The notes beneath the pieces were generated by a model. The model had not been told where the DNA came from. It ran no database searches and saw only the letters and a program-made list of their open reading frames with translations. A stretch of DNA of 63,879 nucleotides, the filler included, from Octopus bimaculoides (Eukaryota): NCBI RefSeq assembly GCF_001194135.2. It is 6 parts of 5 records of this genome, joined end to end, with 100 filler letters (N's around TTAATTAATTAA, not from the genome) between each part and the next. Parts side by side here need not be neighbours in the genome. Positions count along the whole stretch, not along the records: positions 49,992 to 57,325 come from NC_068983.1; positions 57,426 to 60,828 come from NC_068993.1; positions 60,929 to 62,618 come from NW_026389273.1; positions 62,719 to 63,879 come from NW_026326532.1; 2 more parts are not named here. One strand, 5' to 3'. Shown one piece after another: positions 54,758 through 63,879 of this stretch; position 1 is the stretch's first letter; each line of letters opens with the position of its first letter. Made by a program: the position numbers and the translations under genes.

Positions 54758-55122
54758 AACAAGAGCACTCAGAGAGCGCAAACCTTCACCAAAGTAATAC
54801 CAACGTCCTCTCAACGATTAACCAGAGATGATTTTTAAAATGAGAATATCTGAAATAAACTCTCACAAATGAGAATACTAAAAATGAACCTGACCGCTCT
54901 CAAAAATCAAGTTAAAAAACAGGAAAAATAATCCAGAATCTTGTCCAGTACCAGATTGATCCCAAAATCTAATCAGTTCATGCCAGTCACGAGGCCAAAT
55001 ATTCTTGAAAGTTTCATCTGAATCCAGCTAGCAGTTCTTGAGATATCTTGTCCATGGACAAACAAACAAACAAATATGACTGAAAACAATACCTCTGCCT
55101 TAGCGAAGGCAGAAGTCATAAT
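54758..55122. mobile_element. Non-autonomous Helentron-associated (HINE/DINE-1-like) element
   Basis: AACAAGAG end. Subterminal motif ACCTTCACC (about 54782) related to ACCTCTGCC (55091). Terminal hairpin CTCTGCCTT-AGCG-AAGGCAGAAG. Adjacent (CAAA)n microsatellite. No TSD, T/A-rich target. The family assignment rests on structure and recall. Confidence 0.6.
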
Positions 55123-55169
55123 AATTAGTTTCCCAGATTCTGTGGCATATATATTCTTCTTTGGATGGG

Positions 55170-55320
55170 ACACTGGTCTTTTGCAGGATTACTCACTTTT
55201 ACAAGCTGAGTGGACAGACAGGAAAAATATGAGATAAAGTGTTTTACTCAAGAACACAATGCATCACCAGGTCCAGGAATTGAAACCACAATCTTATGTA
55301 CATGAGTGCAACACCCTAAT
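55170..55320 (-). mobile_element. SINE family D 5' fragment
   Basis: Reverse of TAGGGTGTTGCACTCA..TGTGGTTTCAATTCCTGG..TGTGTTCTTGAG..AAACACTTTAT. Confidence 0.65.
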
Positions 55321-56939
55321 AATAATAATGGCTTCAAATTTTGACACAAGGTCAGTAATTTTAGTTTGGAGGCGACAAGTTAATTAGAGTGACTCCAGTG
55401 TTCAACTGGTACTGACCCTGAAAGGATGAAAGCCAAATTTGACTTCAGTGAGATTTGAACTCAGAATATAAAAATACAGAAGAAAAACTGGTAAGCATTT
55501 TGTCCAACACACTAATGATTCTATTGCTTGCTCATCATCTAATAATAGTAACAGTGATCCTTTCTACTATAGGCACAAGGCTTGAAGTTTGTGGGAAGGG
55601 GTATTTGGTTGGATCAACTCCAGTACTCGGCTAGTACTTGTTTTGTTGACTTCACAAGCATGAAAGACAAAGTGGACTTTGGCAGAATTTGAACTCAGAG
55701 CATAAAGACCCACAAAATGCTTTGACAAAATGTTGATATACATTTTGTCTGGTGTGTTAATCAGTCTGCTGCTGGTTCACCACGTTTATGATTGATAATA
55801 ATGATAATTATTGATAAAAATGGTTTCAAAACCATTGATAGTAATGGTTTCAAATTTTGGCACAAGGACAACAAGTTCAAGGGAACTAGTAAATCAATTA
55901 CATCGCTCCCTTCCCCCTCCTGTGCTTAACTGGTGCTTATTTTATTGACCTATGAAAGGATGAAAGGTAAAGTTGACTTTAGTGGAATTTGAACTCAGAA
56001 CATTAAGATGAATGAAGTACTGCTAAGCCTTTTGCCTGGCATGTTAATGATTCCGCCAGCTCATAGCTTTAATATTCCTTTATACGATAGGCATAAGACA
56101 TGAAATTTTGGGAGGGGGGGGGCTAGTCAATTACATCGCTCCCAATGCATAACTGGTACTTATTTCATCGACCCCCCCCCCCCCAAAAGGATGAAAGGCA
56201 AATTTGAACTTGGCAGAATTTGAACTCAGAACATAAAGACTAACAAAATACAGCTAAGCATTTTACCTGGTGTGCAAGCAATTCTGCCTGCTCACCACCT
56301 TGTTTGTAGCTTTAATAATACTACTACTAATAATAATGAATGATTTTTAATTTGCTACAAGAATGATGAATGCAAAATCAAAAATACATATGTTGGATAT
56401 CAATATTAAAAAAACAAATATAACATATATGTCTCAAAAGAGGAGATAGTCACCAAGAGCAAAATTGGCTACTCAAATATGCTTAAATGCTTTTCAAACA
56501 CGAGAGCAGAAGCTTTCTCCCTACTAGGAAATTACAGATGTTAAGTGAAATTGGAAACATCCAGCCACACCACTATACTAGGCTCACTGCTCTCACACAC
56601 CTTTCAGGAAATTAACTGGAGGACAGCAATTTCTTCCCCACTCTTATCTTTCAAGTGGTTCAAGTTGGTGATTTTTTTTTTATCTCTGGGCTAAGCTCTC
56701 ATTAATCATATCTGTCACACAATCACTTTGCCGTAAGTATCAGACAAAGGAAAAACTGTCCTCCCTTCATTAAGAAAGTTGTGTCACCATCTTAATGATC
56801 TCAACAATGGACTCATTTGACAGACAGTGCCATCCTATGTATCATAATAGCTATTCAACACATAAAAATAACATAGGCTCAGGGCCATTGGTGTGTAGAC
56901 ATGCCCCATGCATAAGAGTTAAATGTATGCATATTTTTT

Positions 56940-57286
56940 ATATTTTACTTGTTTAACTCATTGGACTGTGGTCATGCTATGGCACCACCTAAAAGGGTTT
57001 TAGTTGAAGAAATCAATCCTAGTACTTTTATTGTTTTAAAAACCTGGTACTTATCACTCTGCTAAGTCACAGAAGCATGAATAAATCAACCCTAGTTGTC
57101 AAGTGGAGGTGGAGGACACACACACAAATATATATACATACATATATAGGCTTCTTTCAGTTTTTGTCAACCAAATCCACTGACAAAGCATGGGTCAGCC
57201 CGGGGGTTATAGCAGAAGACACCTACCCAAGATACCATGGAGTGGGACTGAGCCTAGAATCATGTAGTTGGGAAGCAAACCTCTTG
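56940..57286 (-). mobile_element. SINE family B, CpG-depleted copy
   Basis: TTTTACTTGTTT..CATTGGACTGTGGTCATGC...GGCTTCTTTCAGTTT..AAATCCACT...GTGGGACTGAGCC. Confidence 0.8.
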
Positions 57287-57325
57287 TTTGTGTGCAGTAT
57301 ATATATATATATATATATATATATA

Positions 57326-57425
57326 NNNNNNNNNNNNNNNNNNNNNNNNNNNNNNNNNNNNNNNNNNNNTTAATTAATTAANNNNNNNNNNNNNNNNNNN
57401 NNNNNNNNNNNNNNNNNNNNNNNNN
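57326..57425. other. Artificial scaffold linker
   Basis: 44N-TTAATTAATTAA-44N. Confidence 0.95.
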
Positions 57426-57604
57426 ACACATCACGTGCTCACACACTACTAACGGACATACCGTAAATCAGTTTACACGTGGTAAAATAGTGAACGCGAA
57501 TCTTGTGCTGTGTAAGATACGGCGTTCGATTTCCATAAGCGATCGTACTGCTCTTTCGTTCTCTCCCTCTTTGTCTTTCTGCTCCAGTATATCTTTTATC
57601 TTAT

Positions 57605-57835
57605 TTCTTGTACTTGTTTTACTAGTGAGACTGCGGCCATGCTGGGGCACCACCTCGAGGAATTTTTAGTCGAATGAATCGACTTCAGTCCTTTGTCTTC
57701 TTTTTTTTTTTTCTTCTTTAAGCCAGGTAATTATTCGATCGATACTTTTTGCCGAACCGCTAATTTACGGGAACGTAAGCACACTAACACCAGCTATGAA
57801 GCGGTTGTGGGGGACAAACACACACACACACACAC
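57605..57835 (-). mobile_element. SINE family B 3' half
   Basis: GACTGCGGCCATGCTGGGGCACC...TTTTGCCGAACCGCTAATTTACGGG...GGGGACAAACAC; CpGs retained. Confidence 0.8.
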
Positions 57836-58591
57836 ACACGCGTGGCCTCCTCACACACAGGCACACACGTGTGATACCAAACTTTGATACTATGTTGACG
57901 AAGTTCCCCGTTTGCAGAGCACTGGTGTTTCTAACGTTCGCTTCTTAGTTTAAGACTTCTAATCTGGATTTCGCTTTTTGTGCAATTGTCAGTACAACAA
58001 TAAGGTTTACGATTTCCACCTTTTGTTCTTTTCCTTGCTGCTTGTTGTTCTTAGAAATTTAAATATTTAGATATAAAATACATATTTCACTGGACAATTA
58101 CATACATCAACTCACGCGCTCACCCAAATGCACAAACGCATAGCCATCTTCATGCACAGCGCCCTCTACACACATACATACATTATATAAGTCTGCAAAT
58201 TTCTACCTGTTGCCTGAGATCATATTGGACTACCACTTTTACTCTTTCTCCAATAATCTCTTTTTTTTTAGTATAGTAGGGTGTGTTCACTATGTCTATA
58301 ATTCTTTTCACATTGTTTTCAGTTCTGCTATGAAGTATGTCTGAACTTTCGTTTCGATATTGGCCACTTCTCCTCTCCGTAGAGGTCTTTTAATGATTAT
58401 TTCCACAATGTCTTGAAGGTCTTTTGAAGTCATCTACAAAGTCATATAAAATGGAATCGCTGTGCTTTGATTTCCTACATACATACATACTTACATACAC
58501 ACACACTCACACACACATTAATGTGCGAGTGGGTGTATACATATAATACACACAACACACACATATACATTTACATACACACACACACACA

Positions 58592-58641
<50 letters not shown>

Positions 58642-59514
58642 NNNNNNNNNNNNNNNNNNNNNNNNNNNNNNNNNNNNNNNNNNNNNNNNNNNNNNNNNNN
58701 NNNNNNNNNNNNNNNNNNNNNNNNNNNNNNNNNNNNNNNNNNNNNNNNNNNNNNNNNNNNNNNNNNNNNNNNNNNNNNNNNNNNNNNNNNNNNNNNNNNN
58801 NNNNNNNNNNNNNNNNNNNNNNNNNNNNNNNNNNNNNNNNNNNNNNNNNNNNNNNNNNNNNNNNNNNNNNNNNNNNNNNNNNNNNNNNNNNNNNNNNNNN
58901 NNNNNNNNNNNNNNNNNNNNNNNNNNNNNNNNNNNNNNNNNNNNNNNNNNNNNNNNNNNNNNNNNNNNNNNNNNNNNNNNNNNNNNNNNNNNNNNNNNNN
59001 NNNNNNNNNNNNNNNNNNNNNNNNNNNNNNNNNNNNNNNNNNNNNNNNNNNNNNNNNNNNNNNNNNNNNNNNNNNNNNNNNNNNNNNNNNNNNNNNNNNN
59101 NNNNNNNNNNNNNNNNNNNNNNNNNNNNNNNNNNNNNNNNNNNNNNNNNNNNNNNNNNNNNNNNNNNNNNNNNNNNNNNNNNNNNNNNNNNNNNNNNNNN
59201 NNNNNNNNNNNNNNNNNNNNNNNNNNNNNNNNNNNNNNNNNNNNNNNNNNNNNNNNNNNNNNNNNNNNNNNNNNNNNNNNNNNNNNNNNNNNNNNNNNNN
59301 NNNNNNNNNNNNNNNNNNNNNNNNNNNNNNNNNNNNNNNNNNNNNNNNNNNNNNNNNNNNNNNNNNNNNNNNNNNNNNNNNNNNNNNNNNNNNNNNNNNN
59401 NNNNNNNNNNNNNNNNNNNNNNNNNNNNNNNNNNNNNNNNNNNNNNNNNNNNTTATTAACGTAGGAAGCATGTCTTAACATTCTGATCTAAGCGACATCG
59501 AGGCGTAATAGTAA

Positions 59515-59639
59515 CAGTGATGATGATGATGATGATAATGATGACGCCGACGTCGACGACGACGATGATGAAGATGATGATGATGATAGATATTAATAAC
59601 AATAATAATGATAATAATAATAATAATAATAATAATAAT

Positions 59640-59698
<59 letters not shown>

Positions 59699-59705
59699 TG
59701 TAATA
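59515..59705. repeat. (GAT)n/(AAT)n microsatellite
   Basis: Direct reading. Confidence 0.95.
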
Positions 59706-59923
59706 TAATATCTAATGAATACATGAGTTATACATGAGCTACTTCACGCTTCATTCTTGGATAGTGCAGCAATGTGATAGGCTTGTGTAGCAAACCTTAC
59801 ATGTTCCAGCAATTGTTCAGTATCCTGCTACATGGTCATTCCACACCAAGATACTTGAAGCAGTTCATGTATCACCTCTGCATTCATTAAAGAATATTTA
59901 TTTCACACTGAATTAAGCGAGTG

Positions 59924-60158
59924 GAAGACGGCCCAGATCGAAGACAGCCCAGATCGAAGACAGCCCAGATCGAAGACAGCCCAGATCGAAGACAGCCCAG
60001 AGTAGAAAACATCCCAAAATCGAAGATATCCAAGAGTCGAAGACAGCGCAGAGTCGAGGACAGACCAGTGTCGAGGACAGCCTAGTGTTGAGGACAGCCC
60101 AGAGTCGAAGACAGCCCAGAGTATAAGGGCAGCCCAGAGTCGAGGATAGCCCAGAGTT
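59924..60158. repeat. Minisatellite of 14 units: four 16-bp units (GAAGACAGCCCAGATC) then ten diverged 17-18-bp units (GARGACAGCCCAGAGTC)
   Basis: Units read directly and abut without spacers. Confidence 0.95.
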
Positions 60159-60828
60159 GCGAACATGACATAAGTCGTTGATGGCCTATGCACCACATGG
60201 AATGAAAAGGTTAAGTAAATCAGTTAAGTACAACTACGATGCTATCCACTTAGCTCTGAGTAGGCACAATATAGAGGCACGGTCCATATGCCTACTGGCT
60301 CCATGTGGACGCAAAATGCATTCTGTGTAGTTGTGAGTATATACTTTGTAGAGGCATTCTAGAGTAACCTTGCTGTAAATAGGTTCCATGTGGAAGTACA
60401 GTCCATGTAACTGTAAATAGCTGCGTTACAATCCGCTTATTTTTAAATAGGTACCATGGGGTTGTATAGTCCATTTCACATTGTTATAAATAAGTACCAT
60501 GTGGAGGTTTACAGTTCACGTTGTGGTAATTAGGTGCCAGGTGAAGATCCACATGTCAATACATAATTATATGGATGAATGTAGTGAATTGGTCATTAGC
60601 AAAGCAAGGTATGCGTGTGTGATGTGTGTGTGTGTGTTTGACGTGTGTGCGCGTGTGTGTGTGTGTGTGTGTGTGCGTGCGTGTGTGTGTGTACGTGCAT
60701 GTTTTTCATTGCTACTGCTACTGGTGCGGCTAATGATGAAGAGGAGGTGGAGGAGAGGGAAGAGGAGAGGGAAGAGGAGAGGGAAGAAGAGAGAGAGGAG
60801 GAGAGAGAGTAGAAGAGGGAGGAGGAGG

Positions 60829-60928
60829 NNNNNNNNNNNNNNNNNNNNNNNNNNNNNNNNNNNNNNNNNNNNTTAATTAATTAANNNNNNNNNNNNNNNN
60901 NNNNNNNNNNNNNNNNNNNNNNNNNNNN
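60829..60928. other. Artificial scaffold linker
   Basis: 44N-TTAATTAATTAA-44N. Confidence 0.95.
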
Positions 60929-62618
60929 TATGATCCTATTCACATTTGAATTCTCGGACAGAAGAAACGGATGAATACGGCTTAATACATATCTGGGGAA
61001 CGATCTATAGGCAGCCATAAATAAATTCATTATTGAAGCCACTGATGGTTGATTAGCCTTCTTATTGTTCTCAGACTACATACTTTAATGGACGATGGAG
61101 TAGTTATCATTAAATTACACTCCATCTTTAACTTCATCATCGTAATCATAATTCCTTTTTATCAAATTCCGTGTAATGACGTGATTGTATTGGATAAGAA
61201 TACGGTTTTCTCTGATTAATTCCAGTGGTGGCTTGTATCGGAGAAGTAAAAATGCTTTCCTAGGATTCGATTCTTAAAACGTGATTAAAAATGTAAAATC
61301 TTGTAAGATTTATATAAAGCAAATTTATCATTTTTATAATTCTGGTCTGCGTACATCATGTGATGTGCACCTACATAAATTATGTGCAATATATCATTAT
61401 ATGTACATCCTGATATATGCATACATACAGTACGTGCTATATATAGCTACATTTTGCCATATGATATATATACATCCAGCCAGCCAGCCATACATACACA
61501 CACACACAAATACATGTAGAAGGTTGAAAAGTAACACACGAGTTGATATGTATAAGGTAAATGTGAAAAGGTAGAAAATGTTGAAATAATTTTATCGTGA
61601 AATACATTTTGTAAAGGTTAGAACCGGTTTCAGTCTTTTCGACTTTTTCCAACTAAGAATAAAACGAGAAAAACGATTAAATTGAAGAAAAGATTAAATG
61701 AAATGCTTTGTAATTATTTCCATAGTCTTCAAATAGGTAGCACATTGTCTTTCTCTATCACTCTATCTGATTAGCCTGTTATAACGTAACATGCTTCTCG
61801 ATTGTAGCATATATACCTTATTAGTATTTCCTCCTATATTCTATACACTCTGGGAACGCATTAAAGCCCTTTTCAGGGCTACTTTATTTGAATTTTTACT
61901 ATCGGGTAACTAATTTGATGTTATTACATAACTAATTTCACAAATTTGGGTATTCATAATAACTTATTGGGACTTCCTAAAAACAAGATCCTGTGTAGGA
62001 CAGTTCGGTATTCTCGGGCGGTGGGTGGGGTGGTGGTGTCCACTTGAACCGTTACCCTATGTAACTCCACCAACACTGAATCTGGGTGCCGCTAATGGAG
62101 TCAACAAATCTGCTGCAATTATTCAACTCGAGTTTCCGGTTTGAATATTTCTTCTTCCCTCAAAACCCCACCAAACAGTTTCGGAGGTCTTGTAGAGAGT
62201 CATAAGCACTGCCTATTCTAGTGACAAAAAGTTTTAAAAAGTAATATTGAGGAGAGCATGCGTCATACAAGAGCAAAGTTTCATCGAAGTGAAAGAATAT
62301 GGCCTATCGGTTATATCGTAATACCATTACTTTATCAATTCCGGATGGATGACATATAAAATTAAGTTTGGTGAAATGTGAGTTGACATCAAAGGGGCCG
62401 TTAATAGGAACACCATGCATATCTAACGCCATATTGTTAATGGAAGTTTAATAAATGCTGAAATGATCAAATAAATAATTTGTCACAGATACCTTAACAT
62501 TATTCGCTTTGTATGAGAATTATAAAACTGTGATAATTGCAGTTCAATTGGTGATGTTACGTTTAATACAAGTAAAAATTTCAGTACGTATTTGTGTGTG
62601 GGTGTGAGTGGGGGGGGG

Positions 62619-62718
62619 NNNNNNNNNNNNNNNNNNNNNNNNNNNNNNNNNNNNNNNNNNNNTTAATTAATTAANNNNNNNNNNNNNNNNNNNNNNNNNN
62701 NNNNNNNNNNNNNNNNNN
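62619..62718. other. Artificial scaffold linker
   Basis: 44N-TTAATTAATTAA-44N. Confidence 0.95.
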
Positions 62719-63399
62719 ACATGTGGGTTTTGGAAAAAACTCCTAGAAGTAATTATTCCTATTGCAATTGGAATTTTTTTTATTATTTATGATTTATTTA
62801 TGGCTCATATTTTATAGTACTATGTAGTATAATATTGGATTTTAAGGCAGGCATATCAATGTAAAATTTGCCAGTAGTAATTGTGGGCTTTCCAGTGGCC
62901 CCTAAGATAATATAATTTATGTGTCTTGAATAATTAATAATAAATAAGAGAAATTTTAGTAATCTTTTAGTAATTATTAGTAATAATTGTAATAGTCATA
63001 GAATATGGCAAGGAGTTACCTCCCCTATTGGAAGTATATATAAACAGAAAGAAATGCATATTAGACCGGATAACGTTAAAAGAGTGTGGTACAGATTTAA
63101 ATTTTAAATTTGATTTTGTTCGATTAATTCATTATGTATTTCTTTTTTGGTTTTTTTTGTTCTAAAGAAAATTATTCCTGATGACGTGTATGACAACTGA
63201 TATATTTGACTTATATTTAATGGTTAAATATAGTTGTACACAGAAATGTTTACATTGGATTAATACATGGATATAAATTTAACATCGGTGTCAAATCTCT
63301 TTATTAAATGTATAAATTTAAAACTTTGGATATATATATACATATATATACATTTTCCTCGACCTACGCCCTAACCCACAACCCGACACCTTCACACTC

Positions 63400-63879
63400 A
63401 TTCGTGTAGTACTTGATGCCAAAGTTTGGTACCAGCCCTTCCAGTATTTTCCATATGTATATTATTACATATCTCTCCCACCTGCACTCCAGGGAGTTGA
63501 AACCTAGTGCCTTCAGTCGCTCCCTGTAGTTCATCTGTTGGACTGTGGCGATCTTTTTTGTATAGTGACGCTGAATTGACTCGAGTTCTGCTGTCCGCTT
63601 AACACTGTGTGGTGACCACAATTGAGAGCAATAGTCTAGGCAGCTCAGAACAAATGTCTTCCATAGAGTCAACACAACTTTTTGATCCCTTGTTCGGAAT
63701 GTCCTAAGTATCCACCCTGCCAGTTGTCTGCACTTTGCTGTCAACTTGACAATGTGCATGTGAAATGATGCATCACTACACATGTTGATGCCCAGGTCCT
63801 GTGTATGCCAGTTGGGAGACATTTGTGGCCTTGTAGCTCAGTACTTGAAATTTTTTTGCATTGAACTGCATATTATTTT
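63400..63879 (-). mobile_element. CR1/L2-type LINE reverse transcriptase C-terminal fragment, cut by the window edge
   Basis: NMQFNAKKFQVL, DLGINM..D.SF..HI, GWILRTFRTR, LDYCSQLWSP, ELESIQR.YTKKI, YRERLKAL...SLE..WERY.IIY.WKIL.GLVPN are the conserved post-YADD region of CR1/L2/Jockey RTs. Frameshift near 63795. Confidence 0.9.

Larger units (their letters stand above)
54312..56301 (-). mobile_element. Cluster of six co-oriented SINE family A copies (about 54312-54514, 54535-54720, 55329-55540, 55556-55787, 55843-56070, 56075-56301)
   Basis: Each copy carries the ...GAAAG..AAAGTCGAC..TTGGCAGAATTTGAACTCAGAAC...AAGCATTTT body. Copies are separated by (TAA)n-like stretches. Confidence 0.9.

Noticed and set aside
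471-59481. Long ORFs (250-370 aa) in the supplied track
   Set aside because: They are composed of X from N gaps flanked by dinucleotide repeats; not coding.
59924-60158. CRISPR-like appearance of the repeated GAAGACAGCCCAG
   Set aside because: Units abut with no unique spacers, the context is eukaryotic, and there are no cas genes.

Overview
AT-rich, microsatellite-saturated eukaryotic draft-assembly DNA with many N gaps. The repeat families look cephalopod (Octopus-like); this is inferred from recalled repeats, not from a search. The window is at least six pieces joined by identical artificial 100-bp linkers (44N-TTAATTAATTAA-44N), so adjacency across them is not guaranteed. Almost all long ORFs in the supplied track are microsatellite or N-gap artefacts. 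Real content: (1) a sparse minus-strand multi-exon protein-coding gene that I cannot name, with phase-compatible GT-AG exons at 23155-23295, 11525-11591, 10886-10960, 5924-6031 and 110-251, plus weaker candidates; (2) four recurring SINE-like families, labelled A, B, D and E here, some with clean target-site duplications; (3) decayed transposons: an internally deleted Tc1/mariner, an RTE LINE 3' end, a CR1/L2-type RT fragment, a TTAA MITE, a HINE-like element, a pogo/Tigger-like end and Penelope-like tails; (4) a 16/17-bp minisatellite. The most notable non-standard signals are a CpG-depleted segment (about 51.3-57.3 kb) holding a pile-up of six co-oriented SINEs, and inverted same-subtype SINEs bracketing the small exons. 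I found no CRISPR array, rRNA or bona fide tRNA gene, and no convincing new biological system.
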